Positions 8,177-18,242 of a stretch of 59,525 bases of DNA are shown here, piece by piece. Under the pieces are notes generated by a model that was not told the DNA's origin, did not search any database, and saw only the letters and a list, made by a program, of their open reading frames with translations. Within the stretch, counting starts at the first letter, position 1. Each line of letters begins with the position of its first letter. The stretch is taken from the IMG/VR virus record IMGVR_UViG_3300045988_114220; one strand, given 5' to 3'. The translations under genes and the position numbers were made by a program. The stretch comes from a virus.

Positions 8177-9769
8177 TTAATCAGATTTCGGTATTTTCGG
8201 ATATAGCGTAATCTCAAAATCGTCGGGAGCGTTATTCCACCGCCCGTTTTTGGTTTTGAGGTAGACAACCTTTTCTAACACCTCTTTGAGCATATCATTC
8301 TTTGCTTTTGCGGACGGAAGCGAGTCGTAGACGTCGAGCAGCTTCTCCACTTTGGGGATAATCTGCTTCCGCCCCCGCTCCCGTTTCTTGTCGGCGGCAA
8401 TATCCGCGCCGAGTGTGGAACGGTCCGCCTCGTTCTTTTTGATACGCTCGGAGAGTTTACGGGAACGGTCGAGAAATTGCTCGGTGGTGTAAACGCCCTG
8501 CTCCAAAAGGTCGTGAGCATTATCAAGTTGCTTATTGAGAGTGTCGTATTCGGTAGCGAGCCGTCGGAGCGCCTTTTCTTTCAAATCCACCGCCGAGGCA
8601 TTGTCGGAGGTATCGTCAGCGGTTTCCCATTGCAGGCGGTATTCAGCGAGCCAATCACTCAAAGCCTGCAATACTCGCTCCTCGACATAAAACAGCGCCG
8701 AGGAAATGTTATCGCAAGCGGTATCGGCGCAGAGCAATGTATCTGCTTGGTTACGGTCGTTATACGGTCGGCGTACCATTTTCTTTCCGCATTTCGCACA
8801 GACGACAAGCCCGGACAGAGGATTTTTTACTTTGTTACGCTCGCCTATCGGGTGCGGCGGATTTTGAGCCATATATTCCTGCGCTAATGCGAAAGTAGCG
8901 TCGTCAATCAGCGGAGGGTGTTTCCCGTCGGCAAGAACGCAGTCGTCTATCGAGGAACGAGGACGAGCAATAACAACACGTCCGTCCACCATTTTCTTTG
9001 AGTCCTTGCGCCAATTCCAACGAATTTTGCCGATATACACAGGATTTATCAAAATATCGCGGATAGTCGCAGGCGACCAGTGGTTACTCTTTCGAGGCGG
9101 AATACGCATATCATTGAGCCGACGAACAATACGGGAAACGCCGAGGCGCTTATAAGAGCCGTCCTCTTGCTCCTCGCCATTTGTGTAGAGTTGGAATATA
9201 AGACGGACAATATCAGCCTCCGCCGGAAGCGGAGCGAGGGTGTAGCCTTTATCTCCGACAAGTTTTTCCCTCTGATAGCCGTAGGGCGACTGACTGCCGA
9301 CATATTTTCCCTCTTTGACAGAGGCAATGCGACCGCGCTGTAAACGGCGGTTAATCGTTTTGTATTCGCGCCGGGACATAAACAAGCCGAACTCAAAATA
9401 TTCCTCGTCAAACTCATTGTTCGGGTCATAGTCCTTAATCGGGGTAATGATTTTGGTATCGGAGAATTTGAAAGTCTGCGCTACAATGCCTTGGTCTACG
9501 GTATCACCGCGAGCAAGACGCTCGACCTCCATAACGAGAACGCCGTCCCATAGACCTTGCTCAACCTCGGAAAGCAACTGTTGCATAACCGGGCGGGCAG
9601 CTATGGTTTCGCCGGAAACGATTTCCCGGTAGATTTGCGTTATATCCAAATGCCGCCGTTTCGCAAGGTCTAAAAGGGCGTTGATGTGCCTGGTGAGAGT
9701 TTCGCCCTCACCGCGAGCCTCCGCCTCTGCGTCCGCTCTTGATTTACGGACATATAAGCAATACGGCAT
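8177..9769 (-). CDS. Large serine recombinase (integrase)
   Basis: N-terminal resolvase-type catalytic domain (YVRKSR... with Ser-10). It also has a recombinase domain, a Cys4 zinc ribbon (CAKCGKK...CADTAC) and a C-terminal coiled-coil. 530 aa. Confidence 0.9.
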   Translation of the reverse strand: MPYCLYVRKSRADAEAEARGEGETLTRHINALLDLAKRRHLDITQIYREIVSGETIAARPVMQQLLSEVEQGLWDGVLVMEVERLARGDTVDQGIVAQTFKFSDTKIITPIKDYDPNNEFDEEYFEFGLFMSRREYKTINRRLQRGRIASVKEGKYVGSQSPYGYQREKLVGDKGYTLAPLPAEADIVRLIFQLYTNGEEQEDGSYKRLGVSRIVRRLNDMRIPPRKSNHWSPATIRDILINPVYIGKIRWNWRKDSKKMVDGRVVIARPRSSIDDCVLADGKHPPLIDDATFALAQEYMAQNPPHPIGERNKVKNPLSGLVVCAKCGKKMVRRPYNDRNQADTLLCADTACDNISSALFYVEERVLQALSDWLAEYRLQWETADDTSDNASAVDLKEKALRRLATEYDTLNKQLDNAHDLLEQGVYTTEQFLDRSRKLSERIKKNEADRSTLGADIAADKKRERGRKQIIPKVEKLLDVYDSLPSAKAKNDMLKEVLEKVVYLKTKNGRWNNAPDDFEITLYPKIPKSD

Positions 9770-9852
9770 AATTACACCTCCAAAAGAGAAGCCGCCCCGG
9801 AGAGGCGGCAGCGGTTAATCTTTTTTACGATAGTTGCTCCAATCCACATAGA

Positions 9853-10455
9853 TTATGTTGCCTTCCGTTCGGAGTATTCGAGGTCTTCTTTTTTGACTTC
9901 AAAGGCGGTGTCAATGTCGGCTTGCATAAGTTTATCGAGGACGGCGCATACCTCGTTTTTGAGGCTGTTTTGCAAATTCATAAGTTCAGACAGCAGAAGC
10001 GGGTCGGTAACTTGTCCGCCGCAGGAGTCAATAGCATTGCGTATTTTTGCCCGTGAGTCCTGCAACAAAGAGAAAAGGTCCGAATATAGCGCGAGGCGCT
10101 CCTCGTTGTTTTTAATCATATCACGGGACAGCAGGACATAGAAACTATCGTACATCTTTGCCACCGTCTGTTTTACGAGCGGAGGCAGACTGTCGTAATG
10201 GCGCTTGAAATTATTTGTGTCATTTATGAACACCGCCTCGCTATGAGTGCGGCAATCATCAATACCGAGCAAGTAATCGGTAGACACGCCGAAATATTCA
10301 GCCAAAGAGCAAAGCATTTCGTAATCGGGTTCTTTACCCTCGGTTTCGTAGCCCGAAACGGTAGAACGAGTTTTATGGATTGCTTTTGCAAGGTCTGATT
10401 GAGTCATTTGTCGCTCTTTTCGGAGAGCGATAAGCCGTGAGGAAAATGTCTTCAT
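9853..10455 (-). CDS. CI-like repressor (XRE-family HTH)
   Basis: The N-terminal HTH is LALRKERQMTQSDLAKAIHKTRSTVSGYE. It is divergent from cro. ATG at 10455 with RBS AAGGTGG. Confidence 0.75.
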   Translation of the reverse strand: MKTFSSRLIALRKERQMTQSDLAKAIHKTRSTVSGYETEGKEPDYEMLCSLAEYFGVSTDYLLGIDDCRTHSEAVFINDTNNFKRHYDSLPPLVKQTVAKMYDSFYVLLSRDMIKNNEERLALYSDLFSLLQDSRAKIRNAIDSCGGQVTDPLLLSELMNLQNSLKNEVCAVLDKLMQADIDTAFEVKKEDLEYSERKAT

Positions 10456-10570
10456 TGTTTTTACCACCTTTATATTTAAAATATTATATCATAAATGCCC
10501 CGATTTGTGTAGCGGTTGCCCCCAAAATCGGCATTTCCGAAAAATTTTTTAAAAAAAATCCCGAAAAAAC

Positions 10571-10599
10571 TTGACATTGCCCCCGAAAGGGGCTATAAT
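10571..10599 (+). promoter_or_regulatory. Early rightward promoter TTGACA-17-TATAAT with embedded palindrome gcccccgaaaggggc
   Basis: Perfect consensus hexamers. TTGCCCCC repeats at 10525 and 10574. Confidence 0.7.
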
Positions 10600-10651
10600 A
10601 TAGTTAAGGTCGAGAAAAAAGACCCAAAGCGGAACGAAAGGAGGACACGAA

Positions 10652-10870
10652 ATGAGGGTCAAACTCGTAAAGCTGCGAGAGGGGCGCGGATATACGCAGG
10701 CAACATTCTCAAAAGCCGTCGGCATTTCCCGTTCGCATTACTCGCAGATTGAAACCGGGGAAAAAGAGCCGTCGCTCAAAGTAAGCCTCAAAATCAAGCG
10801 CGTGCTTGATTACCCCTACGACGATATTTTTTTTAACGCAAAATGCCCCGTTTCGGGACACAAGGCGTAA
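10652..10870 (+). CDS. Cro-like XRE-family HTH regulator
   Basis: 72 aa containing YTQATFSKAVGISRSHYSQIETGEKEPS. RBS AAAGGAGG. Confidence 0.7.
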   Translation: MRVKLVKLREGRGYTQATFSKAVGISRSHYSQIETGEKEPSLKVSLKIKRVLDYPYDDIFFNAKCPVSGHKA

Positions 10871-10940
10871 AGCAAGGTCACGAACAGCGTCATATCCCCT
10901 GTTCACGATTATATTTTACAACGAGAGGAGGCAAAGATAA

Positions 10941-11450
10941 ATGCCTAAAATGGCGACGAAAGCCGCAGGAAATGTCTTTTATCAAGCACGAAAAGAAGCC
11001 TCAAAGTGGAACGACAGATTATCGTCCCGTGAGGGCGCGTCGGAAGAAACGGGCGTAGACAGAACAAGGCTCGCCTACATAGAACTCAATACGGTAAATC
11101 CCCACCCGGAGGAGGTGCTGATACTTTCGGAGGTTTACAACGCCCCGGAACTGTGTAATCACTTTTGCAGTAAGATGTGTCCCCTCGGAGTTAAGACCGT
11201 AAACGGGGTCGAGGTAACAGAACTCGAAAAAACCGTGTTGCAGTTGCTGTCGGCGTTTCAGAGCCTCCCACAAGTAAAAGCCGAATTGATAGACATTGCG
11301 GCGGACGGCGTGATAGACAATACCGAAAAACCGAGAATGGAAAACATCATTTCAAAACTCGACGAAGCGGCGACCAAAATTCAAGCCTTAAAAATCTACT
11401 TTCAGAAGCAGTATGGGAATAGGACAAATTACCAAACAAATAAACTTTGA
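10941..11450 (+). CDS. Hypothetical early protein, possibly DNA-binding
   Basis: RBS GAGAGGAGG. No confident motif. Confidence 0.4.
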   Translation: MPKMATKAAGNVFYQARKEASKWNDRLSSREGASEETGVDRTRLAYIELNTVNPHPEEVLILSEVYNAPELCNHFCSKMCPLGVKTVNGVEVTELEKTVLQLLSAFQSLPQVKAELIDIAADGVIDNTEKPRMENIISKLDEAATKIQALKIYFQKQYGNRTNYQTNKL

Positions 11451-11466
11451 AAAGGAGGTGCTATGT

Positions 11467-11637
11467 ATGGTTGCAACGGGAAATGTAGTTAAGGAAATGA
11501 GCATAGGAAACACCCGGATAAAAATATGCGACGACTACTGCCGAGAAAAGACAAAAGCAGAGGTCGAGGAAATACTCAAACGGATTGCAAGGAACGCTAT
11601 CGGGCCGCTCACAGTTGCGACCACACAAAGCGTATGA
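11467..11637 (+). CDS. Small hypothetical protein
   Basis: ATG at 11467 with RBS AAGGAGGTG. Confidence 0.35.
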   Translation: MVATGNVVKEMSIGNTRIKICDDYCREKTKAEVEEILKRIARNAIGPLTVATTQSV

Positions 11638-12275
11638 GAAAAATCGAAATAATAAAGCGAAGATTTCAAATCGGAGGAGCGTTACTGTTCGGCTCATTAT
11701 TCGCACTCGTTATGTTAGTCGGATTTGACGCAAAGAGCAGCGCCGTATCCAATACGGCGGACAAGCCCAACAGCGGAACAGCATTTACGGTCAATGACCT
11801 TGTATACCGAACGACCGTGCCGGAGATTTCGACAGAGCCACACGCAACAGAGCCGGACAAGCACTATTACGCTATACCGCTGTCAACGGACCTGCAGGAC
11901 TACATATTTACGACCGCCGACGATTACGGAGTGCCGCCCGAACTGATAATCGCCATTATTCAAAAAGAAAGCGATTACAGAGCGAACGCTACGGGAGCGG
12001 CCGGCGAACAGGGATATATGCAAATCCACCCGGTCAATTTTGAATGGCTCTCAGAGGAACTCGGCATTACAAATTTTTACGACCCGGAACAAAACATTCT
12101 CGCAGGGACCTATATGTTATCGGGGTTATGCGAAAAATACGACACTATTAACGAAATTCTGATGTGTTACAACTGCGGCGAGGGAGGAGCGAAAAGATTA
12201 TGGAAGAACGGTATTACCGAAACAGAGTATTGCAGAAAAATCGCAGATATTATCCAAAGCATAAAAAAGGCTTGA
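11634..12275 (+). CDS. Membrane-anchored lytic transglycosylase (SLT domain)
   Basis: N-terminal TM segment. The SLT catalytic motif IQKESDYRANATGAAGEQGYMQI is present. Confidence 0.7.
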   Translation: MRKIEIIKRRFQIGGALLFGSLFALVMLVGFDAKSSAVSNTADKPNSGTAFTVNDLVYRTTVPEISTEPHATEPDKHYYAIPLSTDLQDYIFTTADDYGVPPELIIAIIQKESDYRANATGAAGEQGYMQIHPVNFEWLSEELGITNFYDPEQNILAGTYMLSGLCEKYDTINEILMCYNCGEGGAKRLWKNGITETEYCRKIADIIQSIKKA

Positions 12276-12505
12276 CAGCAACAGAGGTCAAACGGCTCGT
12301 CGTGCTATTCATCATAGCGGCAGTAGCCGGAGTGATTGCCGGAGGAATTATGGCGGCGGTAGTATTACCGATTGCATACGCAGAGCGCGGCTATTACGCC
12401 TGCGGCTCGGAATGGATTTTAATATTTGCGGCCGCATACGCAGGCTTTTCAGTTTTCAATAACTACATTTTCGGCACGAAAAAGAGCCGAAAAGAAAGGA
12501 GATAA
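12200..12505 (+). CDS. Small membrane protein
   Basis: RBS AGGGAGGAG. Two hydrophobic helices. It overlaps the SLT 3' end in another frame. Confidence 0.35.
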   Translation: MEERYYRNRVLQKNRRYYPKHKKGLTATEVKRLVVLFIIAAVAGVIAGGIMAAVVLPIAYAERGYYACGSEWILIFAAAYAGFSVFNNYIFGTKKSRKERR

Positions 12506-12507
12506 AT

Positions 12508-12684
12508 ATGCCGTATTATCACGAATGCCCTTTCTGCGGCGGAAGTCTTGACCCCGGAGAAAAATGCGACTGTCAGCAGAACAGTAAGGAGGTGAAAGCA
12601 GTTGCAGGCGGTGTTACAAAAAGACGAATTAAAAACGCTGTCGGAGGAGTACCTCGCAGAGCCTTTGTCGGACACAGAGTATAA
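12508..12684 (+). CDS. Small zinc-ribbon protein (58 aa)
   Basis: RBS AAAGGAGATAAATATG. Contains CPFCGG...CDC. It overlaps the downstream TTG-start ORF. Confidence 0.3.
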   Translation: MPYYHECPFCGGSLDPGEKCDCQQNSKEVKAVAGGVTKRRIKNAVGGVPRRAFVGHRV

Positions 12685-12931
12685 GGAAGCAAAGGCGCAG
12701 GCAAAAAGAAAACTCGCCCGAATAATCGAGCGAGAGGGCGACGACGACGGAGAAAGGAGGAAACCGTATTATTTAGCACAACTTATCGCAGAGGCGGTAA
12801 GGGCAGAACGCTTTTCGGCGTTCACATTGGAACTCGGCGAACTTTTCAGATATGCCGAGGAAGAACACAAACGGCAGATACAGCAGAGAAAAAAAGAAAT
12901 GCCCGCAGCCAAAGCCGCAGGGCAAATCTAA
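12602..12931 (+). CDS. Hypothetical protein (TTG start)
   Basis: RBS AAGGAGGTG 8 nt upstream of TTG. Confidence 0.45.
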   Translation: MQAVLQKDELKTLSEEYLAEPLSDTEYKEAKAQAKRKLARIIEREGDDDGERRKPYYLAQLIAEAVRAERFSAFTLELGELFRYAEEEHKRQIQQRKKEMPAAKAAGQI

Positions 12932-12988
12932 ATCCGTATCTCTATTGTATCACATAATTTTTGAAAATGCAATAGGAGGTTGCAAAAA

Positions 12989-13954
12989 ATGGCGAACAAT
13001 TCTTTAACAATTACAGCGCAGTACCCGACGGACCGCTACAATCTGCTTGTTTCTATGCAGACCGTAGCGGAGATTGCGTCAATTCATAAGCCCGTGATGA
13101 ATGTCGTTTCTATCAGCGCGGACCTCAACGACAAGGAAATCTATGTGCAGGAAAAAGCCTATGGTAAAGACCCTGCAAAGTACGCTATCACCAAAAAGGG
13201 ACTCACGAAACTTATGAGGGCAGCGGGTATCAAAATCCTGTCCTCTCGCCCGGTAGTCCCCTCTACCTGTCAGAAATGTGCCAACATTAACGCGGGTATC
13301 GGGAAAGCCGTGAGGTGCGGTGCTTGCCCGAACAAGGACGTCAAATACGAAGTGCGTATCAGCGTTCCGCAGCTTACAGGCGAAAATATCGAGGTAGTCG
13401 CTCACAAGGAGATTATAGTTGACGATGTTACCGCCTCAATGACCGACAAGCAGAAAGCGGAGTTTCTGAAATTTAGAAACGAAATGTGCGAAACGAAAGC
13501 CCTCAACAGAGCGCTCCGAGCCGCTATGCAGATTAAAGGGACATATCTCATTGAGGAGTTTAAGAAGCCTTTTGTAGTCGCATACCTCGTCCCTAACCTT
13601 GACAATGCAGAGGTTAAGGAAAAGGCGGTGGAGGCTATGTTTTCCTCCTCTCACGAAATTTACGGCGGGAATGTGGATAACAACAACCGTCGGACCGTTT
13701 TCGTCGAAGACGACCCGGAAGACGCAAGCGGAGGCGAAGCACAGCAGACACCTATTGAACCCGCACCCGCACCGCAGGCGTTGCCGCCGGAGCGTCCGCA
13801 GGCAACAACCGCAAGACGCGCCGCACCGCCCGACCCGAATATTTGCACAGATTGCGGCAAGAAGATTTCAAACGGAGTTTCGGAGTATTCCATTGAGAAC
13901 TACGGAGCGCCGCTTTGTATGGACTGTCAGAAGAAAAGAGGAGGAAATCAGTAA
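12989..13954 (+). CDS. Hypothetical DNA-binding protein with internal and C-terminal zinc ribbons; possible single-strand annealing protein
   Basis: RBS AGGAGG. Cys clusters CQKC...CGAC and CTDCGKK...CMDC. It sits immediately upstream of the SbcCD fusion. Confidence 0.5.
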   Translation: MANNSLTITAQYPTDRYNLLVSMQTVAEIASIHKPVMNVVSISADLNDKEIYVQEKAYGKDPAKYAITKKGLTKLMRAAGIKILSSRPVVPSTCQKCANINAGIGKAVRCGACPNKDVKYEVRISVPQLTGENIEVVAHKEIIVDDVTASMTDKQKAEFLKFRNEMCETKALNRALRAAMQIKGTYLIEEFKKPFVVAYLVPNLDNAEVKEKAVEAMFSSSHEIYGGNVDNNNRRTVFVEDDPEDASGGEAQQTPIEPAPAPQALPPERPQATTARRAAPPDPNICTDCGKKISNGVSEYSIENYGAPLCMDCQKKRGGNQ

Positions 13955-14346
13955 TGACTACGATTATCACGCAGAACAGACAGCACATAGTCACCGCAGA
14001 GGTGATTGAGAGAATTTCAGTAGAAAAATCGAACGAGGGAAACGAAATTGTCGCACACACAATCAACGGCGTTGAAATTTCACTCGGTATTTACAAAAAG
14101 GCGGAAAACGCCGCAAAGGTTATGACATATCTTTCGTTCTGTATCACGGACGACGGAAAAACGATCGTTGTTCCCACAGAGGAAGTCGTTTCCAACGACA
14201 AGAAAATCGCCACCGATTTTATCGGAAAGGTTATGGAGGACATTATCAAAAAAGGACCGCCCGCAGGCGTTAAGGCCGAAAAGGTTACTATCGACCCCAA
14301 TCTGAAAGAATTTCTCGAAAAGCTGAAAGGCGGTGACAAAGAATGA
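13954..14346 (+). CDS. Hypothetical protein
   Basis: TAATG overlap with the upstream stop. RBS GAGGAGG. Confidence 0.5.
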   Translation: MTTIITQNRQHIVTAEVIERISVEKSNEGNEIVAHTINGVEISLGIYKKAENAAKVMTYLSFCITDDGKTIVVPTEEVVSNDKKIATDFIGKVMEDIIKKGPPAGVKAEKVTIDPNLKEFLEKLKGGDKE

Positions 14347-17300
14347 AGATACTCCATACGGGAGATTGGCATATCGGCAATTTTCCCGGTCCCGAAAGAA
14401 ACGGCGAAAATGTGAGATTTAATGACATCTGCCATTGCCTCGACACTCTTGTAGTCAAGGCGGAGGAAGCCGCCCCGGACTTTATCGTTATAGCGGGTGA
14501 TATTTTCCACCAAGCAAAGGTGTGGAGCGACCGAGGGCTGAAAGAAAACCGCACGGCAACGCACTATATCAGACTGCTTGAAAAAATCGCCCCGGTCATA
14601 ATCGTAAGAGGGACACCAAATCACGACAGCGAGCAGCAGTACGAAAACCTCGTGAGCGCATTCGAGGGCGACGACAGCTTACACATCATCACCGAGCCGC
14701 AGACACTCAAAGTATATGGGTATCACAGCGGCGTTTCGGTACAGATTGCGGGCCTGCCCGGATTTGACAGAGGCTTTTACCGTGCCAAGCACCCCGGACT
14801 CTCCAAAGAGGAGGAAAACGAGGTGTTCACGGAAGAACTCGAAAAAATCATACTCGGATTGAAAGCGAGCTGCGACAATTCAGCACCGACGGTTTTGGTT
14901 TCGCACTTCACTATCCCCGGTTGCAATATGGAGAGCGGTCAGACGGCATTTTTCAGCGCATTTGAGCCTGTTGTTTACCCCTCGGCACTTATGGCGGCAG
15001 GATTTGACCTCAACTGTTTCGGGCATATCCACCGCCCACAGCACATTGACGAAGCCGGACCGACATATTACTGCGGAGCGGTAAGCGCCCTCAACTTCAA
15101 CGACGAGGGGCAGGAACGCGGATTTTACATTCACGACATAGAGGCGGACGGCGTACACAGCACATTCTACGCACTCCCGACGCGAGAATACAAGACCATT
15201 CGGCTCGAAGACGAGGACGTAGCGAAGATTATCGGTGGAGATATGGAATGGCTAAACGCCGAGAACAATTACTCCGAGAAAGTAGTCAGAGTCCTTTACA
15301 GTTGCACCGACGAGCATAACAAAGCGCTCAACAAAGCGGCGCTCGAAACATTCTTGTATGAGGGCGGAGCATTTTGGGTGCAGGAAATCACCCCGGCGAA
15401 AATCTCTATCACGGTAAACAAGGAGGCTATGTCGGACGACAACTCCCCGGAAGAACACCTCCGCAGATATTTCGGTGACAAGGAATACAGCCCGGAGAGA
15501 ATTGCGGAACTTATCGACACCGCCGCACCATTTATTTCGGAGGCGGCAGAGGCAAAAGGAAGCGGAGCGCACACAGGCGTATTTATTCCCCTCAAAATTG
15601 AGGTGAAAAATTACCGAAACTACCGGGACGAGAGTTTTGACTATGACGGAATTCGTTTCTGCACTATCAACGGCGAAAACGGCGCAGGCAAATCCTCACT
15701 CTTTATGGACACTATGCTCGACGCACTTTTTGAAGAGCCGAGAGAGGGTGATTTGACCGGGTGGATTTGCAATGACCCGGACGTGAGAAGCGGCTCAATT
15801 CAGTTTACATTCAGCATTGGAGAAGCCACATACCGCGTAACGAGAACGCGCACAAAGAGCGGTAAAGCGACTCTGAATATCGCCGAACTCGTAGAGGGCG
15901 AATGGGAGGACCGTTCGGCGGAACGTTACAAGGACACGCAGGCGATTATTTCCGACATTATCGGAATGGATAGCCTCACGCTGAAAGCCTGCGGACTGAT
16001 TATGCAGGACCAGTACGGATTATTCTTGCAGGCCGACAAAGAGGCACGAATGAATATTCTCGGCAATATCCTTGGACTCGGAATTTACGACCGAATGGAA
16101 GACCTCGCCGCCACCGCGCTCACAAACAAAAACCGAGAAATCAAAAGTATTCTCGACAAGGTAGCCGACATCACAGCCGCCCTCCCGGACGCAGGAGAAC
16201 TCGCCGCCGCTATCGAGATAACGAAAAAAGATATTGCGGACCTGCAGAAACAGGCCGACGAAAAGGCCACAGAGATTGACGGCACGAAAGTACGGCTCAA
16301 CACAAAGGTTGAGGCTATGCAAAGGGCGGTCAGAATTCAAGCGGAAATTGCAACGCTTGAAATGAAGAAAAACACCGCTATCACAAACAAGACAACGCAG
16401 AGTCTTATTGCAAACGGAGCAGCCGCCGCATTGAGTGAGGAGGCACAGATAAAGGCCGGCGTAGCAGAATATGAGCAGTTGCTCGAACAGGAAAAGGCTC
16501 TTATTTCCGCACGGGACCGTCGGGACGACCTCGCCGAAAGAGGAAAGGCGCTCACAGACGAGGCAATCACTCTTTCCGCCGCAAAAGAAAAAGCAGAAAA
16601 GGTTCTGCAACAGACAACTGAACGCATTGCGACAATCAACTCTAAACTCTGCGACGCTCCTTTACTCGAAGAAAAACACGCCGAATACCTAAAAGTACAG
16701 GCGGCGGTCGAGGAAATGCAGAAATCAGCGGAAGAATATACCTCGCTCACCAAAGCGCTCGCCGAAGCGCAGGCAGAATATGCAAAGGTGGAGAGTAAAT
16801 ACGCCCTCGAAAAACGGACTATTGACGGCGAGATAGCCGCTTGCGAGGCGGAGGCTACATTACTTGAAAACAGCGATTGCCCGATTTCGGAAAAAGCCTC
16901 TTGTAAATTCCTCTCAAAAGCCATTGCCGCAAAAGAAAAACTCCCGGAATGGAAAGCAAACGCCGAAGAACTCGCTACAAATGAGTCAGAAGCGCTCGCA
17001 GAAAAGCAGAAAGCGGTCGATTTAGCGAGAGCGGCAGTTGAGGCAAGCAAGTATACCCCGGAAGCGTTAAACGCTTTGAGAGCCAATTTGAGCGCTTTGA
17101 GGGCATACGAGGAAAGATACGCCGAACTTGCTACGCTCAACTCGCAAAAGGAAACCGCCGACACGCTTTTGAAGACATACGCAGCTGCGGTCGAAGAAAA
17201 CGAAAAGAAACTCCGAAACACCGAAGCAGAGCGCGACAAGGTTATGGACGACCTCGCAAAAGCGCAGGAAGCCGCCGGAGGGTACGACGCTATATCCGCC

Positions 17301-18185
17301 AAAATCACCGCCGCAAAGGTGTGGTTGGAAAAAGAGAAAGAACTCCCGGCTATGCGCGAGCGCCTCGCCTCGGCCAGTGTGCGTATGGGGGAACTCGAAA
17401 CAGAAATCGCACAGTATGACGCAGATATAGCGCAGAAACGCGAGGAACACGCCGCCGAGAAAATTGCCTCGGAGGGTGCGGCAGACCTTGAAAAACTCGT
17501 GAAACAGGCTGACGAAATTATCAACGGACTGCGTACTGAAATTCAGCAGAAGTCAATGAGCCTCGGCGCACTCACCAAGCAGGCCGAAACAGCCGAGCAG
17601 AGCCGACAGACTGCAAAAGAGTTGCAGAAACAGACCGAGAGCCTTGCTCACACCGCCTCGCTTTATGAAGACCTCAAAAAAGCCTTTTCGCAGGACGGTA
17701 TTCCGCACAATGTTATTCGCTCACTTATTCCGATTTTCGAGGCAACGGCAACGGGAATACTCGGACAAATGAGCGGCGGCAAAATGAGTGTTGAATTTGT
17801 TACCGAAAAGGTGCTGAAATCCAACAACAAAAAAGAGGTCACGACCCTTGACATCATCATAAACGACTGCACGACCGGGCGACTCCCCTATATGAGCCGG
17901 AGCGGTGGAGAAAGAGTCAAGGCGGCACTTTCGGTCATTCTTGCACTTTCGGAGATAAAGAGTACAAAGGCCGGCGTACAACTCGGTTTCCTCTTTATTG
18001 ACGAGCCGCCGTTCCTTGACGCACAGGGCGTACAAGCCTACTGCGACGCTTTGGAAGCTATTCAGAGCCGCTATTCTGCATTGAAGATTATGGCAATCAC
18101 TCACGACCCGACAATGAAATCAAGATTTCCGCAGAGCGTGGATGTGGTGAAAACGGCAGACGGAAGCAAAGTTATTTATCAGTAA
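14343..18185 (+). CDS. Fused SbcD(Mre11)-SbcC(Rad50) nuclease/ATPase (1280 aa)
   Basis: The N-terminus has calcineurin-like phosphoesterase motifs (GDWH, GDIFH, GTPNHD, GHIHRP). A Walker A GENGAGKSS follows, then a Q-loop MQDQ, a long coiled coil, a signature SGGER, and Walker B/D-loop FLFIDEP with H-loop ITHD. Confidence 0.85.
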   Translation: MKILHTGDWHIGNFPGPERNGENVRFNDICHCLDTLVVKAEEAAPDFIVIAGDIFHQAKVWSDRGLKENRTATHYIRLLEKIAPVIIVRGTPNHDSEQQYENLVSAFEGDDSLHIITEPQTLKVYGYHSGVSVQIAGLPGFDRGFYRAKHPGLSKEEENEVFTEELEKIILGLKASCDNSAPTVLVSHFTIPGCNMESGQTAFFSAFEPVVYPSALMAAGFDLNCFGHIHRPQHIDEAGPTYYCGAVSALNFNDEGQERGFYIHDIEADGVHSTFYALPTREYKTIRLEDEDVAKIIGGDMEWLNAENNYSEKVVRVLYSCTDEHNKALNKAALETFLYEGGAFWVQEITPAKISITVNKEAMSDDNSPEEHLRRYFGDKEYSPERIAELIDTAAPFISEAAEAKGSGAHTGVFIPLKIEVKNYRNYRDESFDYDGIRFCTINGENGAGKSSLFMDTMLDALFEEPREGDLTGWICNDPDVRSGSIQFTFSIGEATYRVTRTRTKSGKATLNIAELVEGEWEDRSAERYKDTQAIISDIIGMDSLTLKACGLIMQDQYGLFLQADKEARMNILGNILGLGIYDRMEDLAATALTNKNREIKSILDKVADITAALPDAGELAAAIEITKKDIADLQKQADEKATEIDGTKVRLNTKVEAMQRAVRIQAEIATLEMKKNTAITNKTTQSLIANGAAAALSEEAQIKAGVAEYEQLLEQEKALISARDRRDDLAERGKALTDEAITLSAAKEKAEKVLQQTTERIATINSKLCDAPLLEEKHAEYLKVQAAVEEMQKSAEEYTSLTKALAEAQAEYAKVESKYALEKRTIDGEIAACEAEATLLENSDCPISEKASCKFLSKAIAAKEKLPEWKANAEELATNESEALAEKQKAVDLARAAVEASKYTPEALNALRANLSALRAYEERYAELATLNSQKETADTLLKTYAAAVEENEKKLRNTEAERDKVMDDLAKAQEAAGGYDAISAKITAAKVWLEKEKELPAMRERLASASVRMGELETEIAQYDADIAQKREEHAAEKIASEGAADLEKLVKQADEIINGLRTEIQQKSMSLGALTKQAETAEQSRQTAKELQKQTESLAHTASLYEDLKKAFSQDGIPHNVIRSLIPIFEATATGILGQMSGGKMSVEFVTEKVLKSNNKKEVTTLDIIINDCTTGRLPYMSRSGGERVKAALSVILALSEIKSTKAGVQLGFLFIDEPPFLDAQGVQAYCDALEAIQSRYSALKIMAITHDPTMKSRFPQSVDVVKTADGSKVIYQ

Positions 18186-18193
18186 TTCAAGTG

Positions 18194-18215
18194 CCGGGGA
18201 GCGTCCCCTCCCCGG
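18194..18215 (+). other. Perfect 8-bp hairpin after SbcCD; possible weak terminator
   Basis: ccggggag-cgtccc-ctccccgg. No U-tract follows. Confidence 0.3.
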
Positions 18216-18242
18216 CTACTGCGAAAGCGGAGGTGAAGCAAT

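Noticed and set aside
16337-17524. 395-aa Ser/Ala-rich ORF on the minus strand
   Set aside because: It is antisense to the SbcC coiled-coil region (GCx-rich codons). Low-complexity mirror ORFs are typical artefacts.
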